DNA of 27,668 nucleotides from Myxococcales bacterium. GTDB lineage: Bacteria; Myxococcota_A; UBA9042; JABWCM01; BTVJ01. Within the stretch, counting starts at the first letter, position 1, and every line of letters begins with the position of its first letter. The DNA is taken from NCBI GenBank assembly GCA_045863395.1, contig BTVJ01000095.1, forward strand, positions 1 through 27,668, read 5' to 3'. The position numbers and the translations under genes are program-made. Positions 1 through 9,017 of this stretch are shown here, one piece after another. The notes beneath the pieces are model-generated. The model did no database searches and was not told where the DNA came from. It saw only the letters and a list, made by a program, of their open reading frames with translations.

Positions 1-139
1 CGGGCTCGTCGCCGGGCTCGTCGCCGGGCTCGTCGCCGGGCTCGTCGCCGGGCTCGTCGCCGGGCTCCGCGCCGGGCTCGTCGCCGGCCTCGTCGCCGGC
101 CTCGTCGCCGGGCTCCGCGCCGGGCTCGTCGCCGGGCTC
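1..139. repeat. 12-bp coding tandem repeat (CGGGCTCGTCGC), at least 11.5 copies
   Basis: Directly visible, with variants CGGGCTCCGCGC and CGGCCTCGTCGC. Encodes [12 protein letters not shown] on the minus strand. Truncated by the window edge. Confidence 0.97.
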
Positions 140-451
140 AGGCGGCGTGACGACGGTCCCTCCGTCTGGAGGCGGCGCCCCTCGGTCTGCCCCGCCCGTC
201 AGGTCCGTGGCCACGACTCCATCGTCACGGTCAGGGCTCCTCGGGGCTCCGCCACAGGCATCGCCGATGCCGTCCCCATCTGAGTCCGCCTGGTCCGGGT
301 TGGGGGTCGTGTAGCAGTTGTCCTGGTCGTCAGGAACCCCATCGTCGTCCGCGTCCCCGTTGGGTGCTACGATCACCGTCGCGTACTGGGCCTGGGCCGT
401 CGACCAACCGAGCCCGAGCGCCAGCGCCAAAACCAATCCTGTTGCCCGCAT
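1..451 (-). CDS. Secreted thrombospondin type-3 (TSP3) repeat protein with acidic (GDEP)n linker; runs off the left edge of the window
   Basis: Not in the ORF track because it has no stop in the window. Manual translation from ATG at 451 (SD GGAGGA 3 nt upstream): [23 protein letters not shown] (signal peptide) ... [34 protein letters not shown] (TSP3 Ca-binding repeat) ... [15 protein letters not shown](GDEP)n. Confidence 0.85.
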   Translation of the reverse strand, partial: MRATGLVLALALGLGWSTAQAQYATVIVAPNGDADDDGVPDDQDNCYTTPNPDQADSDGDGIGDACGGAPRSPDRDDGVVATDLTGGADRGAPPPDGGTVVTPPEPGDEPGAEPGDEAGDEAGDEPGAEPGDEPGDEPGDEPGDEPGDEP

Positions 452-766
452 GAGTCCTCCTGCAGCCTTGAGTGTTCCATCCACCGACGCGCGCCGCTGT
501 CGGCCGGCTGGGGCTTGGTGTCCCCAGTGGGTGGCCTGGACTGGTTGGGTTGCATGACACGAGCCGCATCAGGCAAATCGGTTACAAACTGCAACAACAA
601 TAAAGTTCAATACATCCACACTACCACGGTGACGCGGGGGCCAATTCGGTTACATCGCGAGCGGATGACGGGTGGGTCTCCCCGTCGCCTTTCCAAGCGC
701 CGTGACCCACCTACCTTGAACGCGTGCCTGACCATGCGCGACTCACGGAGCAGGCACGGAGGACCC

Positions 767-1972
767 ATGAACCGGATGACCTGCCTGGCCTGCCTCCTCC
801 TGGGCACCTGCGCCTTGCCGGCGCCCGACGACACGGGCCCGGGCGCCCAATCCATCGCCGCAGAGTGCGATCAGCCAACGCTGCGCATGGTGCTCTCGGC
901 GACGGCGGGAGACATCCCGGATGACCTCACCGCGGGCGGCGACACGAACGCAGGCTCCTTCCTGGCCGACTTCAGCATCGGGTGCGGGTCCAACCAGGAG
1001 ACGGAGTATGCGACGAGCCGGGCCACCGCCACGCTGCGCGCCCCCCCCGGGACGGTCATCGAGCAGTGGCTGCTCAACGATCCCCGCCCCCCCCATGATC
1101 TCAACGCCACGGGGTGCAACAGCAAGCAGGCCTACCCCCAGTGCTGGCTCTTCGTCCCGCACAACCTGAGCGACGACGGCTCCCTGGAGGCCCAGCTCCC
1201 GACGCTCTCCAGCGGGGTGGCGAAGCTCTACGACCCCGAGGGCGTGCGCCCCTCCGTGGACGGCGCCGTGAAGCTCAGCCTCGGTGACCTCCAGACGGAT
1301 CAGGTGGAGGGCCACGTAAGCGTGCGCTGGACTGCGCCCCGCGGGATGGGCAAGACGCGGCTGCTCCTGAAGGTGGTCGAGCTCGTCCTGGTCGAGAGCG
1401 GCCAACCCGTGACCCTGGCCAAGGACTTCGCCCTCTATCGGGCGCGCTGGGTGGGCGACGGGCCCGACGTCCGCTCCCCCCTGGTCGAGTTCGTCACGGA
1501 CACCGAGTCGGAGGTGGCGCTGTCCATCGATGTCCGCGCCCTCGCCGCGTTCATGGCCACGGCAGATGACGACGACGGGTGCGTCTTCACGAGCCGGGGC
1601 CTGATCGCGTCGGGCACCAGCCTTGTGTGGACCATTGCCAACCACGGGGCCGCCACCGCGACCATCGACAACATCCAGGTGGCGTGGCCTGCCTCCCAAG
1701 GAGCGCTGACAGGCGTGCGCGTGGAGGGCGTCCCCCTCTGGTCGGGCACCCGTGAGCCCCCCGCCGCGACGTTCAACTTCGACTGGCACCTGGTGGAGGA
1801 CGAGCGGACGGTGGAGTCGGGCGAGGACGTCACCTTGCGCCTCGACTTCGAGACTGTGCCGGAGAATGGGTGGGACCCGACCAAGCTGCACATCAACCTA
1901 GGCTTCGCGGAGGGCTGCGCCACGAAGTACGTGGCGACCCCGAGCGTCCCTGGCAGCTTCTCGGTGCTTTGA
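767..1972 (+). CDS. Exported hypothetical protein, beta-rich (possible Ig-like C-terminal domain)
   Basis: ATG at 767 after GGAGGA. Hydrophobic N-terminus (MNRMTCLACLLLGTC) and host-like GC3. The ORF-track extension to 515 crosses an AT-richer promoter region and is unlikely. Confidence 0.75.
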   Translation: MNRMTCLACLLLGTCALPAPDDTGPGAQSIAAECDQPTLRMVLSATAGDIPDDLTAGGDTNAGSFLADFSIGCGSNQETEYATSRATATLRAPPGTVIEQWLLNDPRPPHDLNATGCNSKQAYPQCWLFVPHNLSDDGSLEAQLPTLSSGVAKLYDPEGVRPSVDGAVKLSLGDLQTDQVEGHVSVRWTAPRGMGKTRLLLKVVELVLVESGQPVTLAKDFALYRARWVGDGPDVRSPLVEFVTDTESEVALSIDVRALAAFMATADDDDGCVFTSRGLIASGTSLVWTIANHGAATATIDNIQVAWPASQGALTGVRVEGVPLWSGTREPPAATFNFDWHLVEDERTVESGEDVTLRLDFETVPENGWDPTKLHINLGFAEGCATKYVATPSVPGSFSVL

Positions 1973-2002
1973 CCCCCCGGATGCCAGCCCACCCCAGGGC
2001 AC

Positions 2003-4090
2003 CTACTTGGGATAGTCGGGGATCACCACCCTCCCACCCGACGCGCTCTTGATGGCGCCCACCTTGCGGATGTTCCAGTCCACGAAGGCGGCCTCCCAGA
2101 GGTCCCCGTCCGCGAGCGTGGCCGAGTCCTCCCAGACCTGCGACCCGTCGATGAAGACGCGCACGGTCGTCGTCGATGGTCCGTAGCCCCAGGCGTCCCA
2201 CACGTGCACCGCGATGCGGTAGATGGCGTGGGCCTGGGGCACCGGGAGGGTCGCGATCTCGGGGCCGTGGCCGTCACCGTCGTCGACGTCGAGGCTGGGA
2301 TCATCGCCCGCGAGCGGGTGCGGTGAGCCCCAGTCCGGGTTCCGGTTGCCCCAGTAGCAGTCGTAGGGGTGGACGAGCCACCCCTCTGGAATGCCGTCGC
2401 CGTTGAGATCCTGCGCGAAGGCGGCGCCAAGCGGGTGCTGCAGGTGCAGATCCAGGTCGGCCCCGGCACCCTTGCCGGTGTCGAGTGGGTCGACATCTCC
2501 CGGCGTGTCCCAGACCAGCTCCACGTGCAGGCCCTTCCAGGGGACGACCTTGACCTCGATGAAGCTGGTCCAGCAGCTGGGCGTGCCCCCCTCGTCGGCG
2601 ACAGAGAGGCCGAAGCGGTAGGTCCCGATGACATCGAGGAGGATGAGGGGGTTCGGCGCGGTGGCCGCAGGCTCGAAGAGCGCGACCGAGCCCTCCGGCT
2701 GCTCGACGGTCCACTGCCACGCACCAATGTTGCCGCTCGGAGCGAAGCTCTGGTCACCACGGAGCTGCACCAGGGTGTGCGCCGTCACGGTGGTCGGACC
2801 AGACACCCCGGGGACGGCGACGGGGCACGCCGGGTTGATGGCGGTCGCGGTCAGGGTCGCCTCGGCGGTGGCCCCCGCGAGGGAGTCACTCTCGACCAGG
2901 AGCGTCGCCGTCGACGGGACGAGCGTGCCGTCAGGGGCGAGGTCTGCCGTCTTCTCGGGCAGAAACGCAGCGACCAACGACACCGTCCCGTTCACCGGCA
3001 CGACCCAAGGCGACGCCAGCACCCCGTCCGGTCCGACCGCCATGCCATCCGGCAGCGTGACGCTGAACTCCGAGCCTGGGGGGTCGAGGGCGATGCGACC
3101 GATGGTCACCGCGCCCGTACCGCAGGCGCGGAGGACCAGCGCGTGGGTGGACACCTTGCCCAGCGGGCGGAGGCCAAAGTCGACCGTGTTCGGCTCGATG
3201 ACGAGGCACGGGACATCCAGTGGGCCACCGATCTCGACCTCGACGCCGTCGGGCAGCGCCGGGTCGCTGGTGTGCAGGATCAGGGCGGCTGCCGCGGAGT
3301 CGAAGCCGGTCGGCGCAAAGTGCACGTGCAGCGTATGCGTCTGGCCCACCGGAACCTCCACCGGCGGGCTGAAGGCGACGGTCTGCCCCGTCTGCCAGAC
3401 CTCGGCGCCGTGGGCGACCGTGAAGACCGAGCTCCCGTAGAGCTCCGCGGCCTCGATGAGCAGCGTGTCCGACCCCACGTTGAGCAGGCTCAGCTCGCGG
3501 GTGCCCTGACCGCCCAGGGGGACCGGGTCGAAGCGAACCTCCGCGGGCGACACCACGAGGCGCCCCGCCCCGGGCTCCGCCCGCAGGGTGATACGCCGCT
3601 CGGAGCCCGGATCGGAATCTGATCGAATGACCACGGTGGCCTGGCGAGGGACCAGATCGGCGGGGCGGCGGTAGGCGACGTCAACGGTCGCGTAGTCAGC
3701 GCCGGGGATGGTGGGGTCTCCAACCCTCAGCACGAGGGCGGGCATGGGAGTCCCGGGCTCCCAGGCAATGGCGGCGCACCCCTCGGGGACGTTGCAGGAT
3801 GCGCTCAGTCCCGCGAGCCGGAAGGCGGGCTCGCCGGGGTCCGTGGTCTCCAGCGCGACGTCGTCTACCGTGAGCGGGCCGCTCCCCGTGTTGACCAGGG
3901 TCAGCCGCTCGGTGACCTCGCTCCCGGCGGTGGGTGGCACGGCCACGGCGATGAGGGGACCTGGGGGGGTCACCTCGAGGATCGGATTCTTCAGGACCTG
4001 GTTGGTCTTCCCCCCTTGGAGCTCCTCGTCCCCTGCGCACCCGCAGACCAACGCCACCAAGCCCCACCGCGGCCAGGATTGAAACAGCAT
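2003..4090 (-). CDS. Lipoprotein with tandem choice-of-anchor D/ASH Ig-like domains, a PKD-like domain and a C-terminal YfaP/DUF2135-like domain
   Basis: Lipobox-like LVCGC. Three Ig-like units (LTLVNTGSGPLTV, LSLLNVGSDTLLI, LVLRACGTGAVTI). PKD-like segment LRGDQSF...WQWTVEQPEGS...GTYRFGLSV. C-terminal motifs LHVELVWDTP, ADLDLHL, DCYWGN, SLDVDDGDGHGPE, YRIAVH. Confidence 0.8.
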   Translation of the reverse strand: MLFQSWPRWGLVALVCGCAGDEELQGGKTNQVLKNPILEVTPPGPLIAVAVPPTAGSEVTERLTLVNTGSGPLTVDDVALETTDPGEPAFRLAGLSASCNVPEGCAAIAWEPGTPMPALVLRVGDPTIPGADYATVDVAYRRPADLVPRQATVVIRSDSDPGSERRITLRAEPGAGRLVVSPAEVRFDPVPLGGQGTRELSLLNVGSDTLLIEAAELYGSSVFTVAHGAEVWQTGQTVAFSPPVEVPVGQTHTLHVHFAPTGFDSAAAALILHTSDPALPDGVEVEIGGPLDVPCLVIEPNTVDFGLRPLGKVSTHALVLRACGTGAVTIGRIALDPPGSEFSVTLPDGMAVGPDGVLASPWVVPVNGTVSLVAAFLPEKTADLAPDGTLVPSTATLLVESDSLAGATAEATLTATAINPACPVAVPGVSGPTTVTAHTLVQLRGDQSFAPSGNIGAWQWTVEQPEGSVALFEPAATAPNPLILLDVIGTYRFGLSVADEGGTPSCWTSFIEVKVVPWKGLHVELVWDTPGDVDPLDTGKGAGADLDLHLQHPLGAAFAQDLNGDGIPEGWLVHPYDCYWGNRNPDWGSPHPLAGDDPSLDVDDGDGHGPEIATLPVPQAHAIYRIAVHVWDAWGYGPSTTTVRVFIDGSQVWEDSATLADGDLWEAAFVDWNIRKVGAIKSASGGRVVIPDYPK

Positions 4091-4154
4091 CTCACTCCCT
4101 CACGCCCACCCCGCACCTCTTCAGGTTGGGCAGGGGGCGAGGAGCGGCAAGCGG

Positions 4155-4826
4155 TCAGGCCGGGGGGAGGATCTGGAGCTCGAGCACGCGGCCGCGCACC
4201 GAGCGGGTCGCGGCGAACACGACGGCGGCGGCCAGCTCCGCCGGGTCGATCCAGGTGGTTGGGTCCACGGCCGGCAGCGCGGCCCGGTTGGCGGGCGTGT
4301 CGATGGCCCCTTGGGGGATGAGCACGATGGGGCGCACCCGGGGCTCCTCGGCCGCGATGGAGCGCATCAGCGCGATCACGCCCGCCTTCGCCGCCGCGTA
4401 GAGCCCCATGTGGGGTGCGCCGAGCGACAGGCCCGGACCCGCGCCGATGGCCACGAGGAAGCCGTCGCGCTCCCGCAGGATGGGGACGTAGGCCCGGGCG
4501 ACCTGGAAGAGGCTGCGGAGGTTCAGATCCATCATGCGGTCATAGTCGGCGATCATCGCGTCCGCCACGCGCCCCATGGCGAAGCCGCCGGTCAGATGCA
4601 CGACGCCGTCCACGGCCCCCGTCGCCTCGATGAGCGCCGCCACGCCCCCCGCCGTGGACAGATCCGCCTCGCAGACGGCGGCGCCGTACTGCGCGGCCAG
4701 CTCGTCGAGGCGCGCCTGCCCGAAGCCCGTCAGCACCAGCTCTGCGCCCGCCCTGTGGACGCCCTCGATGAAGGCCGTCGCGACCCCGCCCGTGGCACCC
4801 GTCACCAGCACCCGCTTGCCGTCCAT
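4155..4826 (-). CDS. SDR family NAD(P)-dependent oxidoreductase
   Basis: Start MDGKRVLVTGATGGVA (Rossmann glycine motif) after GGAGG; catalytic YAAAK. The upstream part of the 558-aa track ORF is antisense to dapD. Confidence 0.88.
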   Translation of the reverse strand: MDGKRVLVTGATGGVATAFIEGVHRAGAELVLTGFGQARLDELAAQYGAAVCEADLSTAGGVAALIEATGAVDGVVHLTGGFAMGRVADAMIADYDRMMDLNLRSLFQVARAYVPILRERDGFLVAIGAGPGLSLGAPHMGLYAAAKAGVIALMRSIAAEEPRVRPIVLIPQGAIDTPANRAALPAVDPTTWIDPAELAAAVVFAATRSVRGRVLELQILPPA

Positions 4827-4852
4827 GGTAGCCCTCCATCGTGAAGGGCCGC

Positions 4853-4881
4853 AGCATGACACCGCGCGGTCGCCCTGGCAA
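4853..4881 (-). promoter_or_regulatory. Candidate sigma70-type promoter for the SDR gene
   Basis: Minus strand TTGCCA-N17-CATGCT with TGn extension. Confidence 0.45.
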
Positions 4882-4910
4882 TTGCCGGGGCTCGCCACCC
4901 GCGCTACGAT
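4882..4910 (+). promoter_or_regulatory. Candidate sigma70-type promoter for dapD-dapE
   Basis: TTGCCG (4882-4887)-N17-TACGAT (4905-4910), 27 nt before the dapD ATG. Confidence 0.55.
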
Positions 4911-4937
4911 GCGCCGCCACCTGAAGGAGAGGACACC

Positions 4938-5747
4938 ATGGAGCACTTGAGAGACGCCATCGAGGCAGCCTGGATCGACCGCACCCTCCTGGACGCCTCC
5001 CGCGCCGCCGTGCGGCAGACCATCGGGCTCCTGGACGAGGGGGCGCTGCGGGTCGCCGAGAAGATCGACGGGACGTGGCAGGTGAACGCCTGGGTCGGGC
5101 AGGCCATCCTGCTGTACTTCGCCATCGCGGAGCTGGAGACCATGGAGGTCGGCCCCTTCGAGTACCACGACAAGATCCCGCTCAAGCGCGGGTGGGCCTC
5201 CCTGGGGGTGCGGGTCGTGCCGCCCGCCACGGCGCGGTTCGGGGCGTTCATCGAGCGTGGCGCCGTGCTCATGCCGAGCTACGTGAACATCGGGGCCCGC
5301 GTGGGGGCCGGCACCATGGTCGACACCTGGGCGACCGTCGGGAGCTGCGCCCAGATAGGCCGCAACGTGCACCTGGCGGGAGGCGTGGGCATCGGCGGCG
5401 TGCTGGAGCCGCCCGGAGCACGCCCGGTCATCGTGGAGGACGGCGCCTTCATCGGGTCGCGCTGCATCGTCGTCGAGGGGACCCTCATCGAGGAGGAGGC
5501 CGTCCTCGGCGCCAACGTGGTCATCACGGCCTCGACGCGCATCATCGACGTGTCCGGCCCGGAGCCCGTGGAGCACCGGGGCGTGGTGCCCGCCCGCTCG
5601 GTGGTGATCCCCGGGACGATGCCGCGCCAGTTCCCGTCCGGAGAGGTCCAGGTCCCCTGCGCGCTGATCATCGGCAAGCGGACGCAGAGCACGGACCGCA
5701 AGACATCGCTCAACCAGGCGCTGCGCGACTTCGCGGTGGCGGTGTGA
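4938..5747 (+). CDS. dapD: 2,3,4,5-tetrahydropyridine-2,6-dicarboxylate N-succinyltransferase
   Basis: LDEGALRVAEK, WQVNAW, DKIPLK, RVVPPATARFGAFI, VLMPSYVNIGA, MVDTWATVGSCAQIG, GGVGIGGVLEP hexapeptide repeats. SD AGGAGAGG. Confidence 0.97.
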   Translation: MEHLRDAIEAAWIDRTLLDASRAAVRQTIGLLDEGALRVAEKIDGTWQVNAWVGQAILLYFAIAELETMEVGPFEYHDKIPLKRGWASLGVRVVPPATARFGAFIERGAVLMPSYVNIGARVGAGTMVDTWATVGSCAQIGRNVHLAGGVGIGGVLEPPGARPVIVEDGAFIGSRCIVVEGTLIEEEAVLGANVVITASTRIIDVSGPEPVEHRGVVPARSVVIPGTMPRQFPSGEVQVPCALIIGKRTQSTDRKTSLNQALRDFAVAV

Positions 5748-6802
5748 GATCCCTGCGCGACCGCCTGGCGGAGCGGACCCTGGAGCTGGTCGCCGTCCCC
5801 AGCGAGACCGGGCACGAGACGGCGCTCGCACACATCGTCGAGGCGCGCCTCGCCGACACGGTCGGCGGTGTGGTCCGCCACGGCAACGCGATCCTCGCCG
5901 GCCCGCCGCCCGACGGGCGCCCCACGATTGCGCTGTTCGGCCACCTGGACACGGTGCCGGACCGCACGGCGGGACCGCGCCGCGACGAGGAGCGCATCTA
6001 CGGCTGCGGCGCCGCGGACATGAAGGCGGGCCTGGCGGTCATGCTGGCGCTCGCCGAGGACCTGGGGCCGACCCCCGTGCGGCCCCTGTGGGTGCTCTAC
6101 GACCGGGAGGAGGGCCCCTACGCCGACAACGGCCTGGAGCCGCTCTTCGCGGCAGAGGGAGACGCGCTGCGGCGCATCTCGCTTGCCTTCTGCATGGAGC
6201 CGACGCTCAACGCGGTGCAGATCGGGTGCCTCGGAGCCATCCACGCCCAGGTCCACTTCCGGGGGCGCCGCGCCCACTCTGCCCGCCCCTGGGAGGGCGA
6301 GAACGCGCTCCACAAGGCGGGCCCCCTCCTCTCGGAGCTGCTCGCGCTGAGGCCGCGGGACCACCGGGTGGGGGAGCTGCTCTACCGGGAGGTCATGACC
6401 GCGACCGCCGCCTGGCACGACGGCGTGCGCAACGTGGTGCCCGACTCCTTCACCATCAACGTCAACTACCGCTTCGCCCCAGGCAAGTCACTGGAGGAGG
6501 CGCAGCAGGACGTCCTCGACCGGGTGGCAGGGCGCGCGGAGGTGGAGTTCGTCGACCTGTGCCCGTCGGGGCCCGCCTGCCTGGACAACCCGCACCTGCA
6601 GCGCTACCTGGCCCTGTCGGGCGCCCCCGTAGAGCCGAAGCAGGCCTGGACGGACGTGGCGCGCCTCGGGGTCTACGGAGTCGACGCGGTCAACCTGGGC
6701 CCGGGGGATCCGGCGCGGGCGCACCAGGTGGACGAGTCGACCCCCATCGACCCCATCGTCGCGTGCTACCTGTCGCTGGCGCGGTTCCTGCGGGGGGAGT
6801 GA
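5744..6802 (+). CDS. dapE: Succinyl-diaminopimelate desuccinylase (M20 family, actinobacterial-like type)
   Basis: GTG start overlaps the dapD stop (GTGA). Motifs GHLDTVP, GCGAADMKAG, DREEG, EPT, AHSARPW, KQAWTDVAR, GPGDPARAHQVDE. Confidence 0.93.
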   Translation: MRSLRDRLAERTLELVAVPSETGHETALAHIVEARLADTVGGVVRHGNAILAGPPPDGRPTIALFGHLDTVPDRTAGPRRDEERIYGCGAADMKAGLAVMLALAEDLGPTPVRPLWVLYDREEGPYADNGLEPLFAAEGDALRRISLAFCMEPTLNAVQIGCLGAIHAQVHFRGRRAHSARPWEGENALHKAGPLLSELLALRPRDHRVGELLYREVMTATAAWHDGVRNVVPDSFTINVNYRFAPGKSLEEAQQDVLDRVAGRAEVEFVDLCPSGPACLDNPHLQRYLALSGAPVEPKQAWTDVARLGVYGVDAVNLGPGDPARAHQVDESTPIDPIVACYLSLARFLRGE

Positions 6803-6835
6803 CCGGACCGTGTGAGGGACCCACCCTGGGAGGGA

Positions 6836-7648
6836 TCACCGGGGCGCGAGGCTCCCGTCGGTCGGTGGAGGAGGCGGAGGAGGCGGAGGGGGCTGCTTCT
6901 GGAGGATCTGGTCGACGATGTCCGAGACCTCGCCGCCTCCGGTCCCCTGCCCCGTGATGTCCTGCACCTTCTGGCTGACGCCACCGCCGGACTGGATGTT
7001 GGCCCGATCCCCGGCGCGCTCCTTCCACAGGTCCGCCTTGGCGACGATCAGCGTGTAGCACCCGAACTCGGCGCGCCGGTCGGCCAGCTCCACGACGCGG
7101 TCCTCCAGCTTCCAGCGCACGCGCAGAGGGGGGCGATACCCGCCCACGTCGCGGAACTCCATGGCCTCCGGGCCGCCGATGGCCGTCGTGAGCTTCAGCG
7201 CGTAGGTGGGGAAGTCCGTCTGGGGCTCGATGGTCGTGACCACCTTCCAGACCCGATCATCGGCGAACAGGTAGTAGCGGTCGGTCCCCTCCTTCATGAG
7301 GGCGTCCCCGCCCCCCTTGCGGAACTCGCCCGCCAGCACCGAGATGTCATAGCCGGTCTGCGCACCTGAGAACGCGGTGTAGGTGTTCTTGACCGCCTGG
7401 ATCTTCTCCGGCACCTCCCGCTTGAGCTGGTCCCGCTTGACGGCGTTCTTCTCGTTCTTGATGAGGGGCCGATACTCCTCGGAGACGCGGTCCTCCAGGA
7501 ACTTCTGGAAGAGCTTGATGGGCGCCCCGTAGGGGATGGTCGCCAGCTCGCTGACGAGCTGTGCGGGCTCCTGCTGCTGCGCGCCGGCCACGCCGGCGCC
7601 GACGGTGACGATGAGTGCGGCGACCGCTCCGCAGATACGCGGGATCAT
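6836..7648 (-). CDS. Secreted hypothetical protein with C-terminal Pro10 tract
   Basis: SD GGAGG, Sec signal peptide ending AGA|Q, strong codon bias, poly-Pro at 6863-6892. Confidence 0.85.
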   Translation of the reverse strand: MIPRICGAVAALIVTVGAGVAGAQQQEPAQLVSELATIPYGAPIKLFQKFLEDRVSEEYRPLIKNEKNAVKRDQLKREVPEKIQAVKNTYTAFSGAQTGYDISVLAGEFRKGGGDALMKEGTDRYYLFADDRVWKVVTTIEPQTDFPTYALKLTTAIGGPEAMEFRDVGGYRPPLRVRWKLEDRVVELADRRAEFGCYTLIVAKADLWKERAGDRANIQSGGGVSQKVQDITGQGTGGGEVSDIVDQILQKQPPPPPPPPPPTDGSLAPR

Positions 7649-7696
7649 GAAGAACCTCCGGGATCAAGCCCTTTCTCGCGTCCAGACGACCGTCGC

Positions 7697-7725
7697 ATTG
7701 TATCCCGAGTTGGCGCAATGTGCCA
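7697..7725 (-). promoter_or_regulatory. Candidate promoter for the 6836..7648 gene
   Basis: Minus strand TGGCAC-N17-TACAAT; good -10, weak -35. Confidence 0.35.
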
Positions 7726-7768
7726 CATCCGCCGCCACGGATCGACCTGAGGTCACTTCCTACGATGC

Positions 7769-8932
7769 TCATGACGGCTGGCAGGTCTTGAGCACGCCGC
7801 CACCCGGCAAGGTCTCCGTAAAGCACTTGTACCCTGCCGGGCAATCGAGGGAGGTCGCGCACTGGGCGCTGCAGGCGCCGGACGTGGCCGTGATGGGGTA
7901 GCAGAGCTGGTGGCACACGTCACCCTTGGGGTTGGTGCCGCTGACCTTGCACGGGAGGCCGATGGGCGTGCACAGCTTCATGGTCGACCCGCCGACCTGC
8001 CACTGGCTGCACGCCGCGGAGGTCTGGCAATCCGCGGCGGTCTCGCACTCGACCGTGCACACGCAGGCGCCCTTGGGGTTGGACAGCGACAGCCCCGCCA
8101 CGCAGGCGCTCGGGGGCGCCGGGCAGGACTTGCCGGAGTCGCTGGGGTAGCAGATGTTCGTGCCCTGCTGCACGACGATGCAGGCGTCCTTCCCAGGGCA
8201 GTCACTGGGCTTGCCGCAGAGCATGGTGCAGGTCCCGCCCCCCGTCGCCTGGTTCTGCACGCACAGGCCCGACTGACACTCCTCCTTGCTCCCGCACGGG
8301 ACGCCATAGCCCGACTTGGGAGGTGGCCCGGTGTCGGTCTGGGGCTTCACGTCCGGCCCGGTGTCCACCGGGGGCTTCACGTCCGGTCCCGTGTCGGGAG
8401 CGAAGGGGTCGGAGAAGAGACACAGGAAGTTGGTGCACTCCCAGCCGGGCTCGTCGCCGCACTCCCAGTCCTCGTCGCACTCCTTGGTGCACCAGCCGCC
8501 GACGCAGGCCCCCGCTGGCGCGCAGTCCACGTGCTGGGAGCACTTCTTCGGGGGCGTGCCCGCGTCGGGCTGACCCCCGTCGGGGAGTCCCTCGTCCTCG
8601 GTTGCGCCGGGGCCCGCGTCGAGCGCCACCGCTGCGTCCTGGCCGGTGTCGCCCTGCGGGTCCGCGCAGACCAGCTTGTGGCAGACCTGTGCGCCGGGGC
8701 AGTCCTTGTCGTCCTTGCACTGGACGCTGCAGAAGCCGCCGATGCAGGCGAGGTCCCCGCACTGGAGGTTGTTCGTGCAGGGCCGCCCGTCGTAGGAGGC
8801 GACGTCGTCGCCCGCGGCGTCCAGGCCCCCGGCCACGCACACGCCATTGACGACCTGGCCGAGGCAGACCGCCGAGCCGCCGGTGTTGACCGTGGTGCAG
8901 CCGGTGAGCAGGAGCAGAGCAAGGACGCGCAC
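7769..8932 (-). CDS. Cysteine-rich repeat lipoprotein
   Basis: GTG at 8932 after GGAGGT; MRVLALLLLTGC lipobox. Many C-x4-(D/E)C...C-xxG-xC modules separated by D/G/P-rich linkers, including DTGPDVKP twice. Confidence 0.85.
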   Translation of the reverse strand: MRVLALLLLTGCTTVNTGGSAVCLGQVVNGVCVAGGLDAAGDDVASYDGRPCTNNLQCGDLACIGGFCSVQCKDDKDCPGAQVCHKLVCADPQGDTGQDAAVALDAGPGATEDEGLPDGGQPDAGTPPKKCSQHVDCAPAGACVGGWCTKECDEDWECGDEPGWECTNFLCLFSDPFAPDTGPDVKPPVDTGPDVKPQTDTGPPPKSGYGVPCGSKEECQSGLCVQNQATGGGTCTMLCGKPSDCPGKDACIVVQQGTNICYPSDSGKSCPAPPSACVAGLSLSNPKGACVCTVECETAADCQTSAACSQWQVGGSTMKLCTPIGLPCKVSGTNPKGDVCHQLCYPITATSGACSAQCATSLDCPAGYKCFTETLPGGGVLKTCQPS

Positions 8933-9017
8933 GTACACCTCCGCGAATGCAAGTAGCACGGTCCTCCCGGGCGCTTCAACTTCCGCTCGCAGCGCGGCTC
9001 TGGTAGGGTCCCGCCCC

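Noticed and set aside
1..139. Possible CRISPR array
   Set aside because: Head-to-tail 12-bp units with no spacers, in frame within a CDS, and no cas genes.
4155..6802. Apparent long N-terminal extensions on the SDR (558 aa) and DapE (575 aa); likewise on the ABC1 kinase, DUF1015, 22439 lipoprotein and AAA ORFs
   Set aside because: The extensions overlap other genes or promoters; better starts with SD or translational coupling lie downstream.
6863..6892. Pro10 tract as a slippage site
   Set aside because: Encoded by mixed CCN codons at the extreme C-terminus; not a homopolymer.
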